Notes under the pieces: generated by a model
What the model was told of the DNA's origin: nothing
The model's input: only the letters and a program-made list of their open reading frames with translations
Databases searched by the model: none
Translations under genes and position numbers: made by a program
Source of the DNA: Rebecca billardiae RCC1528
Lineage: Eukaryota; Protista; Haptophyta
Reading direction: 5' to 3'
Length of the DNA stretch: 64,000 bases
Assembly: GCA_965240325.2 (NCBI GenBank)
Contig: OZ251250.1
Span: forward strand, 744,001 to 808,000
Part shown: one piece after another, positions 1 to 11,900 of the stretch
Numbering within the stretch: position 1 is the stretch's first letter
Layout: each line of letters begins with the position of its first letter

Positions 1-620
1 GGCACGCCGTCCAGCGCCTCGATGCGCGTCGGCTCCGACCGATCCTTCGCGTCGCCGTGGCCGAGCTGGCCGCAATCGTTGTGGCCCCAGCTGTACGCAC
101 AGCCCGAAGCGGTGAGCGCCAGGCTGTGGGCGCCTCCAGCCCCAACGCTGATCACCAACTCTCCCGACAGCGCCTCAACGGGCGTGAAAGTCCAGCGAAC
201 ATCGTCATCGCCCAGCCCCAGCTGGCCGTAAGTGTTGTCGCCGCACGCGTACACGGCACCGCTGCCGCTGAGCGCGAGCAGGTGACGATGGCCAGCTGCC
301 ACCGCAACCACGCGCACCGCTGAGAGCGAGGCCACGCGCGTTGGCACGAGCACGGGCGGCGCGTAGCTCCCCAGCCCGTGCCCAGTGGCGGCGGGCGCGC
401 ACCACACCTGCTGACCGTCGTTCTCCTCCTCCTCCTCGTTTGTCTCACCGCACGTGTGCAGCCCGCCCTCCGCGTCCACAAACGCGCTGAAGTGGCGGCC
501 GCACGCGACGACCGCCGTGTGCGCACGCACGCACGCGAGCACACGCTCGCGCTCACTTAGAGTCGACATGGGATCGGTCGACGTCTCGACAGCGCGTGCG
601 AGCGGTGCTGTGCGCTCCAT
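1..620 (-). CDS. RCC1-repeat (beta-propeller) protein, 5' part; runs off the left edge of the window
   Basis: Manual translation from the ATG at 620 (absent from the ORF track because no stop lies in the window): MERTAPLAR...VVACGRHFSAFVDAEGGLHTCG...VVAVAAGHRHLLALSGSGAVYACGDNTYGQLGLGD...VISVGAGGAHSLALTASGCAYSWGHNDCGQLGHGDAKDRSEPTRIEALDGV. These are canonical RCC1 repeats. Confidence 0.92.
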   Translation of the reverse strand, partial: MERTAPLARAVETSTDPMSTLSERERVLACVRAHTAVVACGRHFSAFVDAEGGLHTCGETNEEEEENDGQQVWCAPAATGHGLGSYAPPVLVPTRVASLSAVRVVAVAAGHRHLLALSGSGAVYACGDNTYGQLGLGDDDVRWTFTPVEALSGELVISVGAGGAHSLALTASGCAYSWGHNDCGQLGHGDAKDRSEPTRIEALDGV

Positions 621-1127
621 GCCGGCGCGAACGTCGCGATGATCAGCTGCTAGGACACGCGAGGGCCGCGGCGTGCGACGGAGCGCTGCGCACCGGCCAC
701 CGCCCGGGCCGGTCGGGAGCGGGGCGACGACTTACAAATCTTGTACGGTTGGCCATCCGGATTGTAGGATGTCCGGGCGGTGGATCCGGCAGCTGCAGTG
801 GCAGTGATCACTGATCAGCGCCGGAGTCGAGGCCAAATCACTCACACCACCACACTTCCGTAGTCACCTGCGCAGGCACGCGTGACTACGTCGGAACTGT
901 GGCAGACACAGCCCTGCCTGCGGCGGAGCCGGCGCGGCCGCAGGCGCTGCGCCGCCGCCCTCACACGGCTCCGCACAGCCCGATCAGCGCGCGGGCGCCC
1001 CCGGCTACGCCCACAGCTCTGCCACCGGCACCTGACAGCCCGTGCTCAGCCTCGCCTGCCGCCACCCAATCAGCATGGCCGTGCGCGCCCCCGCGCCGGC
1101 CGCGCGCCCGGCCGCGCGCAGAGCCGG

Positions 1128-3703
1128 TCACGGCGCCGGTCCGTCCTTGCCCTCAGCGAGCCCGACCGCGCCGCCGCCGCGCCCACGCCGGCTGTGCACC
1201 GAGTCCATGTCCCGGACTGAGTCGTTCTCCCCCTCCTCCGAGCCGGCGGTCGTGTCCTTCTCCTTCACGTACAGCACGGCCTGCGGGCACAGCCCCAGCT
1301 GCTCGAGCGATTTGGCGAGCTCGGCCGCGGCGAACTCGCGCCTCGGGAAGTGAGAGACCAGCGCGACGTCATATTCGTCCGCGGCGGCAGCCTCGACCCA
1401 GTCCACGACGAGCTGCGGGCGCGGGGCAGCGGCGCGGCGTGCAGCGGGCAGGCGGGGCGCGCAGGGAGTGCGGGGGCGTCGGCGATGAAGCGAGGACCCT
1501 GGCAGGGGCCGGTGCGTGTGCGCGTGCGCGCGCACACGGAACGAGGGCATGGCAGGCGCAAGGGCCGGACAGCCCAGTGCGAACGCCCTCGCGCGGTGCC
1601 CCGGCCGCGACGCCCGCGCGGCCCGCCCGGCGCGGGCCGCGCACCTGCAGCGGCGTGTCTTTGGCCCAGCGCCGGTCGAGCCTCCGGCCGTCCGGCAGCC
1701 GCACCGCCAGCCGGCAGATGTCCGGGCTCCCGGACTCTGGCTCTGGCGGCAGGCTCTCCGCCTTGCGTTGCCGAGCGGTCGCGCGCGCCGAGGCCTCCGC
1801 CTCCAGCTGCCGCTCCTCCTCCGCCGCGGCGCGCTCGGCCTCCTCCCGGGCCCTGCGCTCCGCCTCCTCCTGCGCGGCGGGCGGGCGCGGCGCGCAGCGC
1901 GGGGCAGCGTCAGGAGCGGCAGCGCGCTGCGGCGCATCCGCCCGGCGCCGTGCTGCGCCCCCGCAGGGCGGCGCGGCGGCGGCGGCGCGGCGCGCACCCG
2001 TAGCCTCTCCTCCTCCTCGCGCCGCTCCCGCGCCTGGTCCGCCGCCAGCGCCGCGTTGAACTCCGCGTGCTGCTCCTCGACGAGCAGGCGCGTGCGCTCC
2101 CGCTCCTCGCGCTCCGCGCGCGCGGCAACGACCATCGCCTCGTGCCGCTCGACGACGGCGACCAGGTGCGCGATCACGCCGTCCGCGCGGACGCAGCGCT
2201 GCGGGCCGAGGCGCTCGAGCACGCGCAGCTCGGACGACTCTGCGCCCTGCAGCAGCGCGCCGTACGCCACCACGGCGAGTGCCGGCGCGTCCCGCAGCCC
2301 GAGCTGGCGCGCCACGTGTCGGCCGTCGCGGCTCGCCGTGTCACTGACCCAGATCACAAAGTGCTCGGCAACGACCGCGCGGAACAGCTCAGAGCAGAGC
2401 ACGTTGGCGCAAAAGTCGTCGCACGCCGGGAGCGACGGGTCCGACGGGTTGTCCGACTCGCAGTGCACGTACACCAGCACGAAGCGGAGCGAGACCTGGG
2501 AGCGTGGGAGTGCGGCGCAGCCGCAGCAGTAGCAACAGCAGCAGTAGGCCAGTAGCAGCCGCAGCAGCAGCAGCAGCAGCAGCCGCAGCAGCAGCAGCAG
2601 CAGCAGCAGCGGCAGTTCGGCCGCGCGTCGCGGGCGCGCGGGCAGCGGCGGCGCGGACGGGTACAGGGGCGCGCGCGCACGCGGGGCACGGAGGGCGGCG
2701 GGGGCGCGGGTGAGCGGGGCAGGCGGGGCAGTGCCGTGCGCAGGGCGCGCCCACCGGACGGCCTCGCCGCCGTCGCCGCCGCCGCCGCCGCTGCCACCAT
2801 CGCAGCAGCGGTTGTGGCGGTGGCGAGGCCTCAACTCCAGCGACCGTGGCGCAGCGGGATGGCTCGCGCCATCGCCTCCCCTCAGCCGCCGCAGTGAGCA
2901 CCCGCTCCGCCCTCCGCCGCGAGCGCGGCCGGCTGCCCACACCGCACCTTCGCCGCGTCGATCGCCTGCTGCAGCGAGCCGATGAAAAAGTCCGGGTGGT
3001 CCGGGCCGTGCCGGCCCTCGAACCGCTCCTTGAAGGTGTGCGCCTCGGCGGCGGCGATGGCGTTGAGCGCCTCGCGGTCTCGCGGCCCCGCGGTGGGCGC
3101 GCGCACGCGGCCGCCCGCGCCGCCGCCGCCGCCGCCCGGGCCCCAGCCCAGCAGCAGCCGCAGCGGGGAGACGATCAGCAGCTCCCCGACGAAACCGATC
3201 GCGGGCGCGAGAAGACGGTAGAGGGGCAGCAGCACGGTGCGCACGACCGGGAGCAGGAGGAAGCCGAGGGCGGAGCGCAGCCGGGCGAGGAGGCGCTGCG
3301 TTGGCGGCACGCCCTCGGCCCCGGCCCCGCCGCCAGCCCTCGCGCCGCCGCCCGCGCCGCGCCGATCGCCGCCCTCATCCTCGTCGTCATAGTCCTCGTC
3401 CTCCCCGTCGCCTTCGTCATCGTCGTCGTCGTCGACGAGGCCGGCGGGCTCGTCGTCGTCGTACATCGCACCGCGCCCGCCGCGCTGCGTGCCCGCGTCG
3501 GCCGCGCTGCCCGCCGGCGGTGCGGGCGGCGGCGGCGGCGGCGGCGGCGGGCTGCCGCCGCCCGCATCGGCGAGCGCAGAGTTGACCGCCGCCTCCAGCG
3601 ACCAGTCGAAGGCCTGGAGGCGCTGCTCGGCCTCCTCGGTGGAGAGGTTGGTGACGGAGCAGAACATCGAGACCATCTCCTCCGGGCTCAGCGCGTCCGC
3701 CAT
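1128..3703 (-). CDS. UBX-domain p97/Cdc48 adaptor, FAF1/FAF2-like (UBA-like, hydrophobic hairpin, UAS, coiled coil, UBX); exons 3703-2948, 2495-1998, 1869-1645, 1412-1128
   Basis: N-terminal UBA-like segment (MFCSVTNLSTEEAEQRLQAFDWSLEAAVN). UAS domain (PDFFIGSLQQAIDAAK|VSLRFVLVYVH...CDDFCANVLCS). Coiled coil (EEQHAEFNAALAADQ). UBX (LPPEP...CRLAVRLPDGRRLDRRW...LVSHFPRREF...SLEQLGLCPQAVLYV). Three GT-AG introns restore the frame. Confidence 0.9.
2517..2612. repeat. Imperfect (CAG/CTG)n microsatellite inside UBX intron 1
   Basis: Runs of gcagcagcag interrupted by gtag/gccg, near the 3' end of intron 2947-2496. Confidence 0.85.
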
Positions 3704-4141
3704 GCTGAGGGCTGCGCCGTGCGCACGTGTGCGGGCGTGATGCGCGCCTCCTTCACCACGCCCGGGACTCTTCCGAGCGGCGGCGACAAAGCCTGGGAGA
3801 TGAGCGCGGCGGCCAGGAGGCAGGATGGTGGCGGCGGAAGACAGTCGAGCAATAGCGATAAAAAGTTCTCTGAACGAACTCTGATGAGACTCAGACAGCA
3901 CTCATCACTGACGCGGATGCCGCTATCTATGGGCGGGCAGTCAGGGCCTAACAGCCTATGTGATTACCCGCGCACTAATTGGCTTGCTGTTGCGGCCGGC
4001 TGTTCTCCCCCAGCCGGCCTTCGCTGCAGTCTGCCCAGCCGGCCAGGCCAAGGACCTCGCTCGAGTTCTCGACGCCAGCGAGGCCGACTGCCTGCTGGGC
4101 CCCAGGGCACCCGCGACCCCGCACACAGCCGCAGGGCAAGG

Positions 4142-5089
4142 ATGTGGACCACCCGCGCGATCGCGGCGTGCGCGCTGCTCGCCAGCGCGTGCTCCGCCTT
4201 CACACCGCCCGGCACGGCCAGGGTGCCGCTCAAGGCCGCCGCGGCCGCGCGCTCGGCGCCCGCGGCCAAGGCGCGCGGGCCGACGACGATGATCTGGCCG
4301 CCGTCGTGGCTGCCGGACAACAAGGCGAAGGACAACAAGGCGCGGCGCGCGGCGGCGAAGACTAAGCCCAAGTCCCGCACCACTGCCGCGCCCGCCCTCG
4401 CTCGCCCGGTCTCGGCGCCGCCGTCCCCGCCGCCCGCGTGGGTGCCGCCAGCATTCGCGCCCAAGCCCAAGGCGCCCGCGCCGGCAGCACGGCCAGCCGC
4501 CGCGCCGCTCGCGAAGCAGGCCGAGGCGTCGGTGGCCGTGGTCGCGTCGAAGCGCGCCGGGCCCCTCGACCCGCTCCTCGACAACATCAAAGCCGGCGAG
4601 CCGGGCAAGCGCGGCGAGGTGTGGGTGCTCTTGCAGGCCGCGCTCCTTGCGTGCATCGCCGGCGGTGACGTGCCGGTGGCGGGCTCGCTGGTGCGCGTGG
4701 ACGTGGGCACGCTGATGATGATGCTCGGCGCGTTCAACGTGCTCTGCGGCGCGCTCACCCTCGGCACCGCGCTCTCGCCCTGGGGCGTGCCCGCGCCGTC
4801 GGCGCGCGAGGAGGAGGCGGGCGGCGCGCTCGCGGAGACGTACACGCTGCAGACAGACGGCCTGTTCGCCCTCTCCCGCCACCCGATGTACGGGGGCCTG
4901 CTGCTCGCGTGCGGCGGGTTCGGCGTGCTCACCGACTCGTTCACGCGGCTCGCGCTCACCGCCGCGCTCGCGCTCGTGCTCGCCAACAAGGCCGAGTTCG
5001 AGGAGAAGCGGCTGGCGGACATGTTTGGAGATGAGTGGGAGGAGTACACGCAGGCGGTCGACAAGCGCTTCCTGCCGTGGCTCTACTGA
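4142..5089 (+). CDS. Isoprenylcysteine carboxyl methyltransferase / phospholipid methyltransferase (ICMT/PEMT) family membrane protein, predicted plastid-targeted
   Basis: C-terminal motif LQTDGLFALSRHPMYGGLLL...EEKRLADMFGDEWEEY...KRFLPWLY is typical of ICMT/PEMT. N-terminus MWTTRAIAACALLASACSA-FTP is a signal peptide with an ASAF-type cleavage motif, followed by a basic transit-like region. Confidence 0.88.
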   Translation: MWTTRAIAACALLASACSAFTPPGTARVPLKAAAAARSAPAAKARGPTTMIWPPSWLPDNKAKDNKARRAAAKTKPKSRTTAAPALARPVSAPPSPPPAWVPPAFAPKPKAPAPAARPAAAPLAKQAEASVAVVASKRAGPLDPLLDNIKAGEPGKRGEVWVLLQAALLACIAGGDVPVAGSLVRVDVGTLMMMLGAFNVLCGALTLGTALSPWGVPAPSAREEEAGGALAETYTLQTDGLFALSRHPMYGGLLLACGGFGVLTDSFTRLALTAALALVLANKAEFEEKRLADMFGDEWEEYTQAVDKRFLPWLY

Positions 5090-6751
5090 GCGAGCGGCGC
5101 GCGGCCCGCGTGGTCGGGGCCGGCTGAGGGGGGCTGCCGGCGGTGTTGCGCTCGGAGGTGGAGCGGGGCTGAGTATCTTGCAGCGTCGTGGGTGACGGCG
5201 TCGCGGCGGTCATAGTACCGACCCGGCCCACTGACCGGTGCCGGACCCGTGTAGTGACGTCGGTGGCCGCGGCCCGCGCGCCACGGCGGCCACGGGGGTC
5301 AGCGGACGCCCGGGGGCTGCGCTCAGGAGGCCGCTGCGTGCTCGCGTCGACTGGCATCAGGCTGGTCGGCCCTTCTCGGCAGCGCCGGCCACGTGTCGTG
5401 CCAGTCTTGCCGACCGGACACGGTAATGCTGAACCCTGAGCTGTGGCCGCACGGCACCGGCCAGCAGGCGGCAGCCTGTAGGCAGATTTTCCAAGTCGCC
5501 GGCGCGTGCCGTTTTTTCACTGCACAATAATGTTCGCCCGGGAACTCGACGCTCGTGATTGGCCATAAGATGAAAGCCGACGAATAAGTCCGCGAATCAG
5601 AGCGCATTCGCGCGGTGGCCGTGGAATCGCAATTGAGTTCGTCGCCGAGCAAAACCCGGCCGGGGCCGGCTCTTCCGGTCGGACTTCGGACACGAACTCC
5701 GCCCCCCGACCACCTCGCCTCCTCGCACGACGATGGATCTCCAGCTTCTCCCACGCTCGCACTCGCACGGCCGACGGGCGTTGAGGGACGACGGCCCTAC
5801 TGCCCCTGATGAGCTCATGCAGGACGTACTCCTCGAGCCCGATGCCCTCGGCTGGGGACCAGTTTCACCCATGCGGCGCACTGCCGCGTGCGACAACAGC
5901 AACTACGATAACACTGACATGCGCACAGACCGGATGATGGCGTGCACGCCGCTGAAGACGGCAGTCGGCATGGCCAGCCGAAAGCCTGCAACCGCTGGTG
6001 GCTAGGCGCGCCGTACGGCGGCATCCGCTGAGTCTTCTTCAACGACCGCGGACGGCTCACCGGCGGCGGCCCCGTGGCGCGCCGCCCCGCGCGGCCGCCG
6101 GGCCCGGCGCCGCGGCCGCGTCAGCCGGGCTCGGAGTCGGACGCCGGCGCCGCGGCCGAGTGCCCGGCCGCGCCGGAACTGCTCAGACAGGCTGCCGCCG
6201 GCGGCCCGGGCCGCCCATAAAGGCTGACGTGGCACCCTCCCCGCTAGCTATCCGCCCGGCGGCACCGTCGGGCTCAAGGCCCTGGCGGCCCGCCGGCGCC
6301 GTACGGTCTCCGGGACTGCCAGTGCCACTCGGCCCGCGCGGGCCGCGGGCGGCCGGCGCCCGGGCCGCGCGCGTGATGTCCGGAATTGCTATATCTCGTC
6401 CGCGTGTTTTTCGCTCGTCGGCGCTGTCAGATATGATATGCGCATCATTGATGGAACTGTCCGTCCCCGTTATGATACGGTTATATGCTGCGCGGTCCCG
6501 GCAGACCCGGCGCGGGACGATGGCCAATCCGCGCCGCACCCGCCGGCACCCGGGCACCGCGTCCGCCGCCACCCGCGGGTGGCACCATGAGGCCGCGAGT
6601 GAGACGTGAGTGTCCTCATGGACATGCGCATGCTTTGCACCACACGGGCACAGCCGACAGCGGCACGTGTGAGCTGAGTCAGACTGACGGTAGGTAGCTG
6701 AAGAGCAGCGCCGCCGTGCAATCACCGGGGCCGCGCTGCAGCCCGCCCCGC

Positions 6752-8499
6752 TCATGCGGACGTCGAGCCGCGCGGCACGACCTCTTCGCGCAGCGAGTCC
6801 AGCGCCGGGTCGTGCCACAGCGCGTACGCGGCCTCGAACGGCAGGTACCACGGGTGCATGTACTGCGGGTTGGCCCACTGGTCCATCCTTCGGCTCAGCA
6901 GCCCGGGCGGCAGTCGGTCGGCAGACTCGCCAGCCTGCATGCGCAGCGCTTCGAGCTGCGTGCTGTTCGGCGAGTGCGTCGCGTAGCTGCGCCCGTGCGC
7001 GAGACGCGGCGCGGCGCGCGCAGACTGGTCAGCTGCGCGCATCTCCCTCCTCCCCTCCGCGCAGGGAGCGGAGACGCCGCGCGCCGGGCAGGCAGCGCGG
7101 CCGTCGCGCGCGCGCCGCGCGCCGCGCGCCCGCGCCCGCGCCGCGCGCGCGCGCACCTGTGCTCGTTGGCATTGTTGTGCGCGCGGGAGAGCCAGCGCGC
7201 GTACGTGGCGCGCTCGTAGCCGTCGGGCAGGCCGAAGTGCTCGACGAGGCTCGCGAAGTTGGAGCGGCACAGCTTGCAGTTGTGCCGCTCCATCACGAAC
7301 GCGACGAGATTTCGGAACGAAACCGCCTGCGCGGGCGCGAGGCTCGGGCGGCCGTTCATCGACAGGTGGTGCAACACCGCCCAGGCGCAGTGGTAGTTGA
7401 GCGGGCCGAGCCCGGCGATCGGCTCGCCGCCCTCCATCAGGAACGCCGCGTCCGCGCACTCGGACGGCGCGTCCGCGCGGCACAGCCCGCCCTTCAGCAC
7501 CGCGCCGCCGTCCGCGTCGCGCGCAACAAACCGCAGGGGGAAGGCCGTGCAGGGAGAGCACGCGCCCGAGCGCAGCAGCACCGAGCCGTCGGGGCAGTCG
7601 GCCTGCTCGCCCTCGTCGCAGATGGGGTACGGCCAGATCGGCCGGAGGATCTCGCTCGCGCGCGCCGCGGCCTGCCCCGCCGCGCCGATGTGCTTGTGCA
7701 CCAGGTCGGTCTGATTCTCATGCAGATTCGCGTCGTTGGGCAGACCCAGCCAGTCGGCGGGCGGCGCCTCGGCGGGGCCGGCGGCAGCGCGCGCACGCAG
7801 CGCGGCGTCGGGCGTGCCCGCCATGCCGAATGCGAAGGACGGGCCGTTCCACCCGATCAGCATGCTCGCGCACTGCTCGGCTTTCACCTTGCCCAAGCGC
7901 GTCGCGGCGCTCGTCGCGCAGTATCGCCCGTCTGGGCACGAGCCGTCGTCTGACCGCCCGGCGCAGCCGTGCTCGCGCGTGGACATGCAGCCGTCGGCGG
8001 GCGTGCGCCTGCGCACGCAGGTGGGCGGGAGCACCGCAATCGTGTCCGCCGTGCACACCAGCTCGGGCGCGCACAGCGTCGGCCGCGCGTAGTACTCGCC
8101 GGTCGAGCGAACGGGGAACTGCCCGCCGATGCCGCCGCTGCCGCCGTCGCCGACCGGCTCGAGCGCGGGCTCGCACGCGTCACCCTCGCGCGCGTAGGGC
8201 AGGCAGCGGCCTCGCGAGATGTACGACACGTCCCACGGGTACCAGTTCTCCCGCGACACCACGTTGCACCAGCTGCCAGCCGCGCACGCGTGGCCCTCGG
8301 CGAAGCAGTCCGATTCGAGCGAGTACGCGTAGCCGCTGCGCGTGTTGTAGCCGGCGAAGAGCTGGAGCGAGGACGGGCCACCACGGGCGGCGGCGATGGC
8401 GTGCACGAGCGCGAGCGCCGCGCCGAGCGACGCCGCGGCGCACACCGCGAGCACCGCGGCACGCTGAGGCCGCGTGGCGTGCGGCTCGGCCAGCGTCAT
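6752..8499 (-). CDS. Erv1/Alr-family FAD sulfhydryl oxidase with signal anchor and Cys-rich N-terminal region; exons 8499-7157, 6986-6752
   Basis: WAVLHH...HNCKLCRSNF...YARWLSRAHNNANEH|SY matches the Erv/Alr signature (W-x2-LH, CxxC, W-x4-HN-x2-N). Hydrophobic N-terminal segment AAVLAVCAAASLGAALALVHAIAAA. One GT-AG intron. Confidence 0.8.
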
Positions 8500-8940
8500 C
8501 GTGGTGGTACGGCCGGCGCCGCCGCGGTTGGGCGGAGCTACAGCGCTTCGTGCCCGTCGCTCGACGACCGGTCGCACCTATCCCGCGAGAGACGGAATGG
8601 CGGACTGTCACATCAAGGCCTTGGGCTTGGTCACTTACTCACACTTCAGTACTTCACAACAATCGTGATTCGGCTACAGGACGCCCGCAGGGCACGGCAC
8701 CAGCAGGCCGTTCCGCCGTTCGTGCAGAGCGGGGGTCAGTGCTTCTACTGCTTAGCTGGGTGTCTTGGCGCTTGGGCTGTCATACCATGCGTCCATGGTC
8801 CGTGGGTGACAACTGACAGTAGTGTGACTGTGAAAGTAATAACCGTGCCGCAATAATGAGTGAGGCGACGACGCGCCCGCGGCAATGCGTAGCTACGCCG
8901 GCCGGGCGCCCGGTCGGCGGGCTTGGCACGCCGTCCGTGC

Positions 8941-11900
8941 TCACGCCATGTTCTCGGCAGCAGCAGCGGTGCTGGGCCGGCGAGAGCCGGGCAACGAGGG
9001 CGGTAGGCTGTTGCGTGCCATCGCCACCACGCGCGAGCCGCGCCGCGGCTGCGCAGGCTGCTCCACGCCGCCCATGCCGCCATTCACCGCGCGCGCCGCT
9101 GCGCTCGGCGCGGCTGGGGCTGGCGGCGGCGGCGGCGGCGGCGCTTCAGGCGGCGGCGGCGGCGGGGCTGCGGCGAGCCCGAGCCAGGCAGCCGCCGCGC
9201 CGGCGGAGAGCGAGATGGTGTCGAGCCAGCCGGCCGTGGGCGCCACGTCCTGGGCGGTGCGCCCGCGCTCGGCGCCCGCGGGCGCGGCCGCGCGCTCGCC
9301 AGTTCCGCCGATCGCGACGACGACGGTGCCACCGCCGCTGCCGCCGCCACGAGCGCTCGCGGCCTCGGCGGGCGGCGCGGCGGGCGGCGGCGCTGCGCTG
9401 AACAGCAGCGTGACGGGCGCGAGCGCGGCGCCGAGCCACGCCAGCCAATCGGCATCCGCCGCCTCCGCCGCGCTGGCGGGGGCGGCAGCCGGCTCGGAGG
9501 CCGCAGCCTCCGAGGAGGCGTCTGCACTGCTGCCGGGGGCGGCGTCCGAGCCCGCGCCTTCCCCCGCTGCCGGCAGCGGCACCGGTCTCGCCCCGCCCCG
9601 GCCAATGGCAGCTCCGAACATGGCCTTGTCGCGCGCGGAGATCCGGCGCCAGCGCCACGCGAGCGCACCGCCCAGGCAGCACACGGCCGCGACGCCGCCG
9701 GCGATGGCGCCAAGCCACCCGCCAGAGATGCCGCCAAAGAGAGCCGCGTCGGGAGCGCCCGTGCCCTGCGCTTCGGGCCCAATGGAGACGCTGTCGCTGT
9801 CGCCACCGCCGCCGCCGCCGCCGCCGCCGCTCGCGTCGGCGCCGTCGGCCGACGGCTCGGGCGTGGGCGAGGCGGCGGGCGCGATCACGACCGCATCAAC
9901 CTGCACAGCTCCGGTCAGCTCCACGCCCGCGCTCTCCGCCACGAGGGCACGCAGCTGCTCCTCACGAGCGCCCAGCCTCGCGACCATCGCGTCCGCCCAC
10001 GCCTGGTCGTCTGCCGGGGTGGCCTCTGGGCCCGGCGAGGGCTGCGCGCCACCCGAGGACGAGGAGGCGAAGAGCTCGAAGAGAACGATCACACTCCCCG
10101 GCAGTACATCCGTGATCACCACGTCCCCGCGCGCCACCTCCACCGTCGTCGCGATCGAGGTCTGCAGCGCCGCGCGCTTCTCCGCCGCGCCCTCCGCGCC
10201 CTCCGCCCACTCCGACGCGTCCGCGCCGTCCAGCCGCATGCTGCACTGCACCTTGGTCACGCTCGACGTGCCGGTGGCCGCGGGCGTGGGCGGAGGCGGC
10301 GGCGGCGCCGGCGGCGGTGGTGGGCTCGGCGGGGGCGGGCTCGGCGGCGGCGATGGCGGCGGCGGGCTCGGCGGCGGCGGGCTCGGCGGCGGCGATGGCG
10401 GCGGCGAGCTGGGCGGCTGCGACGGCGGCGGGCTCGGCGGTGGCGGCGGCGGCGAGCTCGGTGGCGGCGGGCTCGGCGGCGGCGCTGGCGGCAGCGGGCT
10501 CGGCGGGGGTGGGCTCGGCGGGGGTGATGGCGGCAGCGGGCTCGGCGGCGGCGGCGACGGCGGTGGGCTTGGCGGCGGCGGCGGCGGCGAGCTTGGTGGC
10601 GGCGGGCTGGGCGGCGGCGATGGCGGCAGCGGGCTCGGCGGCGGTGGGCTCGGCGGCGGCGATGGCGGCGGCGAGCTCGGCGGCGGCGACGGCGGCGGGC
10701 TCGGCGGCGGCGGTGGCGGCGAGCTCGGCGGCGGCGGGCTGGGCGGCGGCGATGGCGGCGGCGGGCTCGGCGGCGGCGGGCTCGGCGGCGGCGATGGCGG
10801 CGGCGAGCTGGGCGGCGGCGAAGGCGGCGGGCTTGGCGGCGGCGGCGGCGGCGAGCTGGGCGGCGGTGGGCTCGGCGGTGGCGATGGCGGCAGCGGGCTC
10901 GGAGGGGGTGGACTTGGTGGTGGCGATGGCGGCGGCGGGCTCGGCGGCGGCGGGCTCGGAGGCGGCGATGGCGGCGGCAAGCTGGGCGGCGGCGACGGCG
11001 GCGGGCTCGGCGGTGGCGGCGGCGGCGAGCTGGGCGGCGGCGGGCTGGGCGGCGGCGATGGCGGCAGCGGGCTCGGCGGTGGCGGGCTCGGCGGCGGCGA
11101 TGGCGGCGGCGAGCTGGGCGGCGGCGGGCTGGGCGGCGGCGAGGGCGGCAGCGGGCTCGGCGGTGGCGGGCTCGGCGGCGGCGATGGCGGCGGCGAGCTG
11201 GGCGGCGGCGGGCTGGGCGGCGGCGATGGCGGCGGCGAGCTGGGCGGCGGCGGGCTGGGCGGCGGCGATGGCGGCAGCGGGCTCGGCGGCGGCGGGCTCG
11301 GTGGCGGCGATGGCGGCAGCGGGCTTGGCGGCGGCGGGCTCGGCGGCGGCGATGGCGGCGCCGAGCTAGGCGGCGGCGACGACAGCGGGCTCGGCGGTGG
11401 CGGCGGCAGCGGGCTCGGCGGCGGCGGGCTCGGCGGCGGGCTCGGCGGTGGCGGGCTCGGCGGAGGCGGGCTCGGCGGCGGCGACGGCGGCAGCGGGCTC
11501 GGCGGCGGCGGGCTCGGCGGTGGCGATGGCGGTGGCGAGCTGGGCGGCGGCGACGGCGGCGGGCTCGGTGGCGGCGGCGGCGGCGAGCTCGGCGGCGGCG
11601 GGCTGGGCGGCGGGCTGGGATGCGGGCTGGGCGGCGGCGGGCTGGGCGGCGGCGGGCTCGGCGGCGGCGTTGGCAGCGGGCTCGGCGGCGGTGGTGGCGG
11701 CGGCGATGGCGGCGGCGATGGCAGCGGGCTCGGCGGCGGCGGGCTGGGCGGCGGCGACGGCGAGAACGGGCTCGGCGGCGGCGGACTCGGCGGTGGCGAT
11801 GGTGGCGGCGCGCTAGGCGGCGGGCTCGGCGGCGGGCTCGGCGGCGGCGGCGGCGGCGAGCTCGGCGGCGGCGGGCTGGGCGGCGGGCTCGGCGGCAGCG

